Shown: positions 19,074 to 28,099 of the stretch, in pieces
Layout of the letters: each line of letters opens with the position of its first letter
How positions within the stretch are numbered: the stretch's first letter is position 1
NCBI GenBank assembly: GCA_028285105.1
Contig: JANQQE010000011.1
Coordinates: 383,856 to 447,855, forward strand
Length of the DNA: 64,000 nucleotides
From: Alphaproteobacteria bacterium
GTDB lineage: Bacteria > Planctomycetota > Phycisphaerae > UBA1845
Reading direction: 5' to 3'
Program-made: the position numbers and the translations under genes
Notes under the pieces: generated by a model
What the model was told of the DNA's origin: nothing
What the model saw: the letters and a program-made list of their open reading frames with translations, nothing else
The model's database searches: none

Positions 19074-22000
19074 ATGTTTCTAAACCTCAGAAACCACTCA
19101 ACATCTTTCGCATTGCTATTCCTCGCCAGTGTTGCCGTAACGGCGCTGACTCAGCCCAATGACGCAAATGCAGAGCGCGTTTCCAAGGAACGAGCCGAAT
19201 TGCTCATGCCACTCGTATCGCAGGAGTTCGGACTGCGCGAATTCAGTATTCAACGCCTTGACTTGGCCAACGAGCAAAATCGGAGTACCTCCATGGTGCT
19301 TCAAATCGACGACGCAGATCGCGAAATCGTCCTATCGCCTCATCGCGTTTTCTCCCACGATTATAAACTGCTTGTTGACTTGGGTGACGGCCGTCTTGAA
19401 GAAGCTGACATGGGCGCAATCCGAACGTTTCGCGGAACCATGCCCGAAGTTCCCGGTAGCGTTGTGGCGGGCGGTTACTCCGACGAAGGTATGTCGGCAA
19501 AGATCGTCGCTGACAATGACAACATTTTCTGGGTCGAACCCTTGCGCGGGCGCGTTGCTGGGGCAGATGCATTTGAACATGTCGTTTATCGCTCAGGCAG
19601 TACGCTGCCCCATGGACGCACATGCGGTACGCTTGAAGAAGCGGTTGTCGAAAGAATTGCAGATCAAGGCGCTGAGAATGGTTCACGCGGATCGGGATGT
19701 GGCGGAGGTATTTGCGTCACGGATGTGGCCTGCGATGCCGACCTTGAATACTTCCAGGACTATGGAAGTGTCGCCAATGTTCAAAATCGCATTGGTACCG
19801 TCATCAACGCCATGAACGTTCAGTATGAGACGCAAGTCGGAATCACCCATCAGATCAACACCATTCTTGTCCGCACGACGCAGGTTTACACAAGCAACAA
19901 TGCCGGAACGCTGCTCGACCAGTTCAGATCGCGATGGCTAAACAACCATACGAATATTGCACGTGATATCGCGCATTTATTCACCGGAAAGAATCTGCAA
20001 GCGCCCACGATCGGTGTCGCTTGGCCCGGTACCATTTGCGCCAGTCTGACATCGGGATTGGGTTTCAGCCTAGTCGAATCGGACTTCAGCGGCAGTTTTG
20101 CATGTGCCACCGACCTTTCCGCTCACGAGCTTGGCCACAATTGGAGCGCCCTGCATTGCAGCTGCCCGTCACACACGATGAACCCCAGCATCACGTGTGC
20201 AAATAACTTCAACGCCTCGTTTACAATACCGGACATCATCAACCATCGCGATTCGCGCAGTTGCCTTAGTCCGTTTGAATCGGGTGTCGCAATACTTCCG
20301 TTCTTCGACGACTTCCCGTCGACGACGCTCGATCCAAGCAAATGGACGGGCATCGACGGCGCGGAAAGTAACAGCGCAGGCAGCGGGGAACCCAGCGCTT
20401 CCAATTCGCTAAACATCGACGGAAGCGATCAAATTCGTTCGGCCATCATTGATACGTCGGTACCGCTGGGGCTCGACATTTCGTACTTCTGGCAACGAAC
20501 AGGAACGGGCAATTCACCGGAAAACGGCGAAGACTTAATCGTCGAATATCTCGCCGCTTCGCAATTGTGGAATGTTATCGCAACCTATCCCGGCAGCGGT
20601 TCGGACTCAGACCCATACGCATTCGATTCGTTTGAACTGCCCGCAGATGCGCTTCATGACAATTTCCGTTTGCGCTTTCGCGGAATTTCATCAAATGCCG
20701 GTTTCGATGACTGGTTCATCGACGACATTGGCATTGACGCCTGCTTTGGCGCGACCGTTGCTCCTCAACCCCAGCCGGCTGAAGGGTGCCCAGGCAGCAA
20801 TCTACAGTTTTCGACAGTTGGAACAGGTGGAGAACCGATCAGTTATCAGTGGTTCAAGGACGACAACATACTTGTCGATGGCGGTGGCATCAGCGGCAGC
20901 TCCACGAACACGCTATCGATCGACGGTGTCGTCGATCCCAACGACGAGGGCGCATACTACTGCGAAATCACAAACGAGTGTGGAACGCTATTGAGCGACA
21001 GCGTTTCGCTTACCGTTTTCGATCCCGTCGGTATTACGGCTCAACCGCCCACACTCATCAGCGCATGTACCGGCGAAACTGAACTCATTCCAGTGGGCAC
21101 CGTTGGCGACAACCTAACTTATGAATGGCGCAAAGACGGTGTCCTTCTGGTTGATGGTGGCAACATTTCGGGTGCTACCACCGGAACCCTCAGCCTCACC
21201 AACGTCAGTACCGCTGAAGTGGCCAACAGTCCGGGATATGTCTGCACGGTGCTTGATGCGTGCGGTAATCTGGTCGAAAGCAATGCCACCGAGGTCGAGA
21301 TCGCCGGCGCCAACATTACAGGGCAACCGACCGACGATTGCGTGAATGACGGCGAGGTCGCAACGTTTACCGCAACGTATAACGTCCCGGGAGGCTTCAG
21401 TTCATTCGTTCAATGGCATAAAGATGGATCGCCTTTGAACGATGGTGGTAACATTTCCGGAGCGCTGACGGATACTTTAACCGTTGATCCTGCCTCACTG
21501 GCTGACGCTGGTGACTATTCCCTGCGCATTTTGGTGATTGGTCCAAATTGCATCATCTTCACTGACGAAGCCGCCTTGTCGATCGGCGACTGCGGATGCA
21601 CGTTGGACAGTGAATGCGAAGATGGCAATCCCTGCACCGACGACGTGTGCGACGGTGTCCTGGGTTGCATCAATCCCAACAACAGCGATCCGTGCGACGA
21701 TGGAGATGCTTGCACGACAGTGGACTCGTGCAGCGGTGGATCGTGCGTCGGTTCAAACCCTCTGGTCTGCGACGATACGAATCCTTGTACCGACGATTCA
21801 TGCGATCCCGGAAGCGGGTGCATCTTTACGAACAATACAGATTCGTGCGACGATGGCGACGCATGCACCACAGTGGATCAGTGCAACAGTGGTTCGTGCG
21901 TCGGCTCATCCCCGTTGGTGTGCGATGACACCAATCCTTGCACCGACGATTCATGCGATTCGGGTAGCGGTTGCGTGTTTGTCAATAATACCGATCCATG

Positions 22001-22373
22001 CGACGACGGCGATGCGTGTACAACGGTCGACTCGTGCAGTGGCGGTTCCTGCGTGGGTTCAGGCCCTCTTGCTTGCGACGACGGAGAATTCTGCAACGGT
22101 GTCGAATCATGCGACAGCGGAACAGGTTGCATCGCCGGTTCGGACCCCTGCGACGGTTCAAGCTGGTGCGATGAGCCCTCCGACGCCTGTGTGCCATACG
22201 GAAATGGAGACATCAATATCGACGGCAGCGTCGATTTGATCGATTTCGCCGCATTCCAGACGTGTTTTGGCTTGCCTGCTGGCGGCGGATGCGAGGCTTT
22301 GAATCTGACCGGTGACGCCATCGTGGATCTTGCAGACTTCGCGGCGTTGGAAGCGTTACTGACCGGTCCGTAG
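19074..22373 (+). CDS. Giant secreted M12B (reprolysin/adamalysin-like) metzincin with three Ig-like domains, Cys-rich CxDGNxCTxDxC repeats and a C-terminal dockerin-like domain
   Basis: Signal peptide. Zinc motif HELGHNWSALH (HExxHxxxxxH, close to reprolysin HELGHNLGxxHD) with Met (HTMNP) downstream. Three Ig-like repeats (QWFKDDNILVDGG, EWRKDGVLLVDGG, QWHKDGSPLNDGG). Five tandem Cys-rich repeats (CEDGNPCTDDVCDG...). C-terminus NGDINIDGSVDLIDFAAFQTCFG...DAIVDLADFAALEALLTGP. Confidence 0.75.
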   Translation: MFLNLRNHSTSFALLFLASVAVTALTQPNDANAERVSKERAELLMPLVSQEFGLREFSIQRLDLANEQNRSTSMVLQIDDADREIVLSPHRVFSHDYKLLVDLGDGRLEEADMGAIRTFRGTMPEVPGSVVAGGYSDEGMSAKIVADNDNIFWVEPLRGRVAGADAFEHVVYRSGSTLPHGRTCGTLEEAVVERIADQGAENGSRGSGCGGGICVTDVACDADLEYFQDYGSVANVQNRIGTVINAMNVQYETQVGITHQINTILVRTTQVYTSNNAGTLLDQFRSRWLNNHTNIARDIAHLFTGKNLQAPTIGVAWPGTICASLTSGLGFSLVESDFSGSFACATDLSAHELGHNWSALHCSCPSHTMNPSITCANNFNASFTIPDIINHRDSRSCLSPFESGVAILPFFDDFPSTTLDPSKWTGIDGAESNSAGSGEPSASNSLNIDGSDQIRSAIIDTSVPLGLDISYFWQRTGTGNSPENGEDLIVEYLAASQLWNVIATYPGSGSDSDPYAFDSFELPADALHDNFRLRFRGISSNAGFDDWFIDDIGIDACFGATVAPQPQPAEGCPGSNLQFSTVGTGGEPISYQWFKDDNILVDGGGISGSSTNTLSIDGVVDPNDEGAYYCEITNECGTLLSDSVSLTVFDPVGITAQPPTLISACTGETELIPVGTVGDNLTYEWRKDGVLLVDGGNISGATTGTLSLTNVSTAEVANSPGYVCTVLDACGNLVESNATEVEIAGANITGQPTDDCVNDGEVATFTATYNVPGGFSSFVQWHKDGSPLNDGGNISGALTDTLTVDPASLADAGDYSLRILVIGPNCIIFTDEAALSIGDCGCTLDSECEDGNPCTDDVCDGVLGCINPNNSDPCDDGDACTTVDSCSGGSCVGSNPLVCDDTNPCTDDSCDPGSGCIFTNNTDSCDDGDACTTVDQCNSGSCVGSSPLVCDDTNPCTDDSCDSGSGCVFVNNTDPCDDGDACTTVDSCSGGSCVGSGPLACDDGEFCNGVESCDSGTGCIAGSDPCDGSSWCDEPSDACVPYGNGDINIDGSVDLIDFAAFQTCFGLPAGGGCEALNLTGDAIVDLADFAALEALLTGP

Positions 22374-22467
22374 ATTCTGAATACTCAAAATGAAGCGACG
22401 ATTCTCGAGCCATCCGCCGTTGATAAAGCGTGCGGATGGCTCGTTTGATTGCGGTTTGTACAAACGC

Positions 22468-22496
22468 TTGACGCATCTGTCTCGATCTTGGATACT
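22468..22496 (+). promoter_or_regulatory. Sigma70-like promoter for cspA (-35 TTGACG, 17-nt spacer, -10 GATACT), leaving a 5' UTR of about 95 nt
   Basis: TTGACG at 22468..22473, then a 17-nt spacer, then GATACT at 22491..22496. cspA homologs typically carry long structured 5' UTRs. Confidence 0.4.
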
Positions 22497-22598
22497 TTTA
22501 CCCATCGATACATCGGATGCCGGAAGCTGTACTTCCCGAGAAGCAACGTTTGTTTCATCATGCCCCGGCCCGATGTCCCAGATGGTAGAGGTTTTATC

Positions 22599-22799
22599 AT
22601 GCAAGGCACGGTCAAGTGGTTCAATTCGACCAAGGGTTTCGGTTTCATTACTCCATCAGACGGTAGCGCTGACGTATTCGTACACTACAGTGCCATCACC
22701 GGCGACGGCTACAAAAGCCTCGACGAAGGCGCTGAAGTTGAATTCGAACTGGCCGACGGCGACAAAGGCCCGAAAGCCACAAACGTTCGCGCCGTATAG
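22599..22799 (+). CDS. cspA: Cold-shock protein (CspA family)
   Basis: [33 protein letters not shown]... carries the RNP1/RNP2 motifs (KGFGFI, VFVHY). 66 aa. SD AGAGG lies 9 nt upstream of ATG 22599. The ORF-track N-terminal extension is spurious. Confidence 0.9.
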   Translation: MQGTVKWFNSTKGFGFITPSDGSADVFVHYSAITGDGYKSLDEGAEVEFELADGDKGPKATNVRAV

Positions 22800-22914
22800 A
22801 TTCGCGTGAAACCAATTAAGTTTTCAGCGTAGCGATTCGGTGGTGTTTTGTATGGCACCGAGTGGCGGTGGTGGTCTTTTGCGCCATCTCGGTTGAAGGC
22901 ATCAGAGTCGAATT

Positions 22915-24177
22915 CTAGGACTGAATCGAATGTCCGCGATCGCCCCACTCGAAGGGTTTTCGGGCGAGCGAGAACGGACGGTTCTGCGATACGCTGATCA
23001 GCAGTGCCGTTGCTACGAAGTTCGTCATCAAGCTACTCCCCCCATAGCTCACAAATGGCAAGGTCATACCGGTAATTGGCATCAACCCAACTGTCATCCC
23101 CACGTTGATGACCGTTTGCGCCGAAATCAAACACACGACCCCCATCGCCAACAACCGACCGCATGGTTCGGGCGTCACTGAGGCAATCTCAACGCCGGCT
23201 ATGACGATTGCCACGTAGCATCCCAAAACAAGCAAACATCCGAGATGCCCCCACTGATGCCCGACTATGGCGAAGACGAAATCGTTGTGCCGATCGGGCA
23301 GGAAGTTGTATTCAACGTACGTTCCTTTGCCCCAGCCTTGACCGAAAACGCCTCCACTACCCAGGGCGGCTTTGGAGCGAACCAGTTGCATTCCCGAAGA
23401 AACTTCCCATTCCTGAGCCTCGCGCTTGTTTACGCCTGTAAACGCATACTTTTCCGGGTCTGCTTCGATCTTGGCGCGGAACGTTTTTGACTGAAGTGCT
23501 ACGGCCATGATGCGACTTTTTTGGTACGAATGAAGCTTCATGAACGTAAACGGCGCGACTACCATACCGAGCAGAATGATCGCGCCGAGGTGTTTGATTC
23601 TTGCCCCTGCGACAAAAAGCATTCCAAAGAGTACAGGAATAAACAGCAGCACGGTACCCAGGTCCGGTTCAAAAAGGATGAGAACCATCGGGATGATCGA
23701 AAAGAGAATCGGCAGCATTAATCCATCGATTGTTCGATAGTTTTTGCGAAACCGTAGATACCACGCCATCGCCAAGATGTAGCTGACCTTCATGAACTCC
23801 GACGGTTGCAGCGAAAACCCGGGCAATCGAATCGAACGAAACGCACCGCGCGATTCAGGGACCAAACCACCGAAGGTGAATCCAAAATACTTTGAGACGA
23901 TCATCGGCAGCAACAAGATCAGGCAAATGAAAAAAATCGGATACGACATGCGCGCCAACTGCATGTATCCGATGCGGAGAATGAGGATCGACAACGCCAG
24001 ACAGGCCACTGCCACGCCCGCTTGTTTACCGGCCATCACTGCGCTGGAGACATTGCGCCCCCCCACAGGAACCGTGTTCGACGCGCAGATTGCGGCCAAA
24101 CCCATGGCAACGAGAATCGCAACCGCCACCGCGATCACCCAGCCGGGCTGCGTGAGATCGTAGACCGGTCGCCTCAT
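22915..24177 (-). CDS. rodA: Rod shape-determining protein RodA (SEDS family peptidoglycan glycosyltransferase)
   Basis: Polytopic membrane protein with the conserved SEDS motif PFVSYGGSSL. Lies immediately downstream of mrdA with an ATGA start/stop overlap (24174..24177). Confidence 0.85.
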   Translation of the reverse strand: MRRPVYDLTQPGWVIAVAVAILVAMGLAAICASNTVPVGGRNVSSAVMAGKQAGVAVACLALSILILRIGYMQLARMSYPIFFICLILLLPMIVSKYFGFTFGGLVPESRGAFRSIRLPGFSLQPSEFMKVSYILAMAWYLRFRKNYRTIDGLMLPILFSIIPMVLILFEPDLGTVLLFIPVLFGMLFVAGARIKHLGAIILLGMVVAPFTFMKLHSYQKSRIMAVALQSKTFRAKIEADPEKYAFTGVNKREAQEWEVSSGMQLVRSKAALGSGGVFGQGWGKGTYVEYNFLPDRHNDFVFAIVGHQWGHLGCLLVLGCYVAIVIAGVEIASVTPEPCGRLLAMGVVCLISAQTVINVGMTVGLMPITGMTLPFVSYGGSSLMTNFVATALLISVSQNRPFSLARKPFEWGDRGHSIQS

Positions 24178-26390
24178 GGTGACGTCTCGCGATCGGAGAC
24201 TGCTTCTGAACCGTCCCTGAAACGATCGGTTGAAGTCGAAAAATCCGGATCAAGGTCGGGTCCCAACACATTCAACAACACGTCGGCAACTCTTTGCGCG
24301 ATCGTCCCACTCACCCGCCCTCCACTTCCGCCGTATTCGACCATCACGGCAAAGGCGATCGAAGGCTTTTTGTCCCAGAGCGGTTGGCCCGCCGCATCGC
24401 ACTCTTGAAGATAGGCGACGAACCACGCATGCGAATGCTTACGCCCATTTTCTGCTGTCATGGATGTGGGCCAACGATCGGCGACTTCGATATCGCGCGG
24501 ATCGAACGTCGCATCCGGATAATCGTGCAGGAAAAATCCAATGGCGTCACTCTTCGTGTTGGCAAACACCAACTTGATACCGGTTTTGCCATCGATGTCT
24601 TCGTATGGGATTTCGTATGAAATGGGCGCGGGGACGGCTTCTGCGCTTCCGGTCTTTCCGAGCAAGACGTACCCGGATTCGGTCGGAATTCGGGCCTGCG
24701 TAAATGCGGTGCCATCGGTATCGTTAACGACCCCAAACATGCCCCGGCGGATAACGCGCCAGTAATTCGGATCACCAGGCAACTCCCAAACCGGCCCTTC
24801 ATCGTTGCTACAAACGAGCGACACGTGCCGGAATTCTCCGGTCGCGTAGGAGGCCATTAAGTTAGCGGCTTGGACGGGTGTGGCCGCCACTTCGGCTTGT
24901 CCGATGGCGAATTGTCTTGCGCTTCCCGGAGTAATGGGGCGAGCGATTGAGGCCATAAAACTCGGCGTAGGGTTGATGCCGCCAACCTCTTCACGCAACC
25001 CGGTACCGGACGCTTTGCCGAGACCGAACATGTCGAAGTAAGTGGTAAGCTTGTTAGCGCCGAGCAGTTGCCCGGTGCTGTACATGAAGATGTTGCATGA
25101 ATACTTGATTGCTTCCCAGGCGACGACAGGGCCATGCCGCCTCCGAACCGAACTGCCAGCCGCGGCCCAACATCGCCATCTGTCCGGTTTACTTGGAAAC
25201 AATGCTCCCTGACAATCGAACGTAGATGATGTCGTAATCTGTCCTTCGATCAAACCGGCTAAACAAACCAACGGTTTGACGATGGAACCCGGAGCGTAGT
25301 GCCTTGCCACGGCGCGAAACGCGAGGGGATTTCTCACCGTGTCGTCGCGCAACAAGTTATAGTGTTCGCCAAATGTTTGCGGGTCATACGAGGGGTATGA
25401 AACCATCGCAAGACACTCGCGCGACTGAGCGTCGAGTACAACAATGGACCCGGATCGCGAATAGGGCAACTCGGCAATCTGCTCGCCAAACATTTCAAAC
25501 AACCGGGTTTGCAGGTCGCTGCGTATCGTCAGTTGAACATCGCTGCCCGGAACCGGCGCCGTCGATGTAAGCACTTCGCCCGTTCGGGTTCCGTGAAATT
25601 CACCGCGTGTACCTCGCAACTGCGCTTCCATCGAATACTCGATACCCGCCCCTCCAATGCGATCCGTACCGGTAAGCGATCGCAGGCGGTCGTCTGCGTA
25701 GACGTCCGAATTCATATGCTCAGCCGTCACGGGAACGACCCGCCCGAGGATGTGCGCCAACGACATTCCACCGCGGTAGACACGTTTCGTCGAGTCTTCG
25801 ACCTTCACCCAGGAATATCGCGAGAAGATCGAACGCGCCCGAACCTGCTGCTGATCCGTCAAATTTTCAACGACGGCATGACCCATTCGCTCTTCGCGAA
25901 TCGGTGCGGTGAACCCGCGCCGTTTGGCGACGTCGACTTTGATGGCCTCGATACGATTGCAAATCGAATCGACTCTGTTAGCCATGTCATCGACACCACC
26001 GTCAAAGAACAAAGCCAAGTCCAGCCACATCTGTTTGACTTCGCCGTCGAATCGAACCGAAACGTCCTTTTCACTTGAGCTTCTGCCGTACTTGCCGTTT
26101 CGTTTCAACCGTCTGATCATTGCCTTGCGATAATCCGGATCGCCCGACAGGACACCATAGTCTACTTCGATGTCCCAACACGGTTCGTCCGAAACCAGCA
26201 ACTTTCCGGTTCGATCGAGGATGCGGCCACGAACCGTCGGAAGTGTCTTGGGGCGCAAGAGCAGAGCGCGGTCGGCTTGTTGCTCATAGACGTGAGCGTG
26301 AACGACCTGCATGTCGATCAAACGCACGACGAGAATCGCCAATGCGAATCCCATCATCGCCAAAAGAATTTTGATGCGTTGTTCAAACAT
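24174..26390 (-). CDS. mrdA: Penicillin-binding protein 2 (peptidoglycan D,D-transpeptidase)
   Basis: N-terminal TM anchor. Transpeptidase motifs SxxK (GSIVKP), SxN and KTG (LLGKTGSAE). Linked to rodA. Confidence 0.85.
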   Translation of the reverse strand: MFEQRIKILLAMMGFALAILVVRLIDMQVVHAHVYEQQADRALLLRPKTLPTVRGRILDRTGKLLVSDEPCWDIEVDYGVLSGDPDYRKAMIRRLKRNGKYGRSSSEKDVSVRFDGEVKQMWLDLALFFDGGVDDMANRVDSICNRIEAIKVDVAKRRGFTAPIREERMGHAVVENLTDQQQVRARSIFSRYSWVKVEDSTKRVYRGGMSLAHILGRVVPVTAEHMNSDVYADDRLRSLTGTDRIGGAGIEYSMEAQLRGTRGEFHGTRTGEVLTSTAPVPGSDVQLTIRSDLQTRLFEMFGEQIAELPYSRSGSIVVLDAQSRECLAMVSYPSYDPQTFGEHYNLLRDDTVRNPLAFRAVARHYAPGSIVKPLVCLAGLIEGQITTSSTFDCQGALFPSKPDRWRCWAAAGSSVRRRHGPVVAWEAIKYSCNIFMYSTGQLLGANKLTTYFDMFGLGKASGTGLREEVGGINPTPSFMASIARPITPGSARQFAIGQAEVAATPVQAANLMASYATGEFRHVSLVCSNDEGPVWELPGDPNYWRVIRRGMFGVVNDTDGTAFTQARIPTESGYVLLGKTGSAEAVPAPISYEIPYEDIDGKTGIKLVFANTKSDAIGFFLHDYPDATFDPRDIEVADRWPTSMTAENGRKHSHAWFVAYLQECDAAGQPLWDKKPSIAFAVMVEYGGSGGRVSGTIAQRVADVLLNVLGPDLDPDFSTSTDRFRDGSEAVSDRETSP

Positions 26391-26484
26391 GAGGGCCTGG
26401 TGTCGTTTCTAAATTGGCACCACTTGATTTCTGTGACCTTCGGGCGTCGGACCGTAGAGCGCGTGACTGCATGGGTTACTATGA

Positions 26485-27033
26485 CTACATCACGGTCGAA
26501 CGCGACCCGATCCGTCGCAAGCGCGCGTGCGAATATCGTGGCGCATCCAATCCGAGCCATCGCAGCATTCGCATCAACAGTGCATGCACCGGCGGAGCGC
26601 AAATCGCGGAATACAACGCAACTCCAACCGGACCGCCGACACTCGACCACGGCTGAGCATACGCCGATGCTGTCAGCATTGTGTCGTATATCCAGAAAAT
26701 CCCATGAATCGCAATCCCGGCAACGAACGTTACGCTGAAGTGCGTCAGCGGGTGATAACGAAACATCCAATCGCGCGACGACTGCACGCACAGCGCGACC
26801 GATGCATACGAAAGCGACATTAAACCGAATCGCTCCATCGAGGCCAGATCGGCCAACAACCCCAACGTCCAGCCGGCCATCACTGCGTCCCACTTGCGCC
26901 CGTGCATCGCAAAGAACACGACCGTCACGAGGATCGCATCGGGCCACGCGCCCCAGATTGCCATCCGCTGAGCCAACGTGGTGTGCATTGTCAGGCAAAA
27001 GACCGCCACAATTGCAAAGCTAAACCAACGCAT
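26485..27033 (-). CDS. mreD: Probable rod shape-determining protein MreD
   Basis: 182-aa polytopic membrane protein immediately upstream of mrdA-rodA, the canonical mreD position. Assignment is by synteny and topology only. Confidence 0.5.
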   Translation of the reverse strand: MRWFSFAIVAVFCLTMHTTLAQRMAIWGAWPDAILVTVVFFAMHGRKWDAVMAGWTLGLLADLASMERFGLMSLSYASVALCVQSSRDWMFRYHPLTHFSVTFVAGIAIHGIFWIYDTMLTASAYAQPWSSVGGPVGVALYSAICAPPVHALLMRMLRWLGLDAPRYSHARLRRIGSRSTVM

Positions 27034-27079
27034 TCAATTCATTCCGTCTAATCACATTGCAATCCTTCAACTTTCGCGG

Positions 27080-28099
27080 CTACAACATGCGCGAATTCTT
27101 TCGCTTCGGTCCGAGGATATCAATCAGGGCTTTTGCAGCCGCAATTTGCAACCTGGGATCGTCGGCATCGTTCATCATCGCTTCCAGTGGACCAACCGCT
27201 CGCCGATCGCGAATGGCTCCGAGCGTCGTCGCAGCCAACTGCCTTACGCGAAACGTTTGATTGTCCGCCGGGTCATTCTTCTCGTCCTTTTTTGCCTTAT
27301 AGCCCAAAGCGTTCAGCGCAAGATCGAATCCATCCTTGCTGCCAAGCAACCCCAGCGCCCGAGCGGCGGCCAACTTTGTTTCCAGGTGCTGCGCCGTTTT
27401 CATTTTGTCCGCAAAAATCTGGCGGTATTCGGAATCCTTCAAGCGACCCAGCACCGTGAGGGCGAACGTTTCTTCCGGCCCCAAACCGTTGTACACATTG
27501 GCGACCAGCGTGGCTTTCGCTTCCTTGGACCCGAGCATGGCCATCGACTCAAGGGCATTTGACCGAAGTCCGGGGTCTTTGGCGTTGACAACCCTGGCCA
27601 GAATTCTATTCGCACCCGGCTCGCCCAATCGCCCAAACACGAAAGCGGCGTGTCGACGGGCAGCTTCATTGGATCGGTCGAAAAGATACTCCGCAATTTT
27701 TCCCGATGCTGACGTATTTCCCAACAGATGCAACGCTCCAGCGGCTGCAATCTGGTCGCTTGCTTCGGAACTTCCGAGGAGCTTTTCGATCGATCCTTCC
27801 GCGGTACGATCCTTACGCTGCCCCAACGCCATGGCGGCTGCATATCGAACTGCCGGAGCGTCGTCATTCAACGCGAGGCGAATCCAGGGAAGCACCTCGT
27901 CGGACCCGCACTCGGCCAATGATTCCAACGCCTGCACGCGGGCGGTCGCTGAATGCTCATAAGGAAGATAGTATCGCAGGCACGACATCGCTCGTTCGGA
28001 CGTCTGCTTGACGTTGGCGCCACCCGCCGACGCACACCCACCCGCAAACAGAAGCGATTGAATGCCGAGCAAACAACACGTCAACCTCACGAAACTCAT
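27080..28099 (-). CDS. HEAT-repeat (PBS lyase-like) lipoprotein
   Basis: Start ATG 28099 (MSFVRLTCCLLGIQSLLFAGGC) gives a lipobox. Seven or more HEAT-like repeats follow (DDAPAVRYAAAMALGQ, DPGLRSNALESMAMLG, ETKLAAARALGLLG, PRLQIAAAKALIDIL). Its start overlaps the lnt stop. Confidence 0.65.
   Translation of the reverse strand: MSFVRLTCCLLGIQSLLFAGGCASAGGANVKQTSERAMSCLRYYLPYEHSATARVQALESLAECGSDEVLPWIRLALNDDAPAVRYAAAMALGQRKDRTAEGSIEKLLGSSEASDQIAAAGALHLLGNTSASGKIAEYLFDRSNEAARRHAAFVFGRLGEPGANRILARVVNAKDPGLRSNALESMAMLGSKEAKATLVANVYNGLGPEETFALTVLGRLKDSEYRQIFADKMKTAQHLETKLAAARALGLLGSKDGFDLALNALGYKAKKDEKNDPADNQTFRVRQLAATTLGAIRDRRAVGPLEAMMNDADDPRLQIAAAKALIDILGPKRKNSRML

Noticed and set aside
21538-22321. 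Several 100-230-aa ORFs in other frames and strands (21538..22239 +, 21878..22321 -, 21515..21871 -) within the metzincin gene
   Set aside because: These are created by the repetitive GC-rich Cys-repeat coding region. The main frame encodes coherent repeats and a dockerin-like tail.
22449-22598. ORF-track extension of cspA ([10 protein letters not shown]...)
   Set aside because: CspA family proteins are about 66-70 aa and start MQGTVKWFN. The region contains a promoter-like element and a likely 5' UTR.
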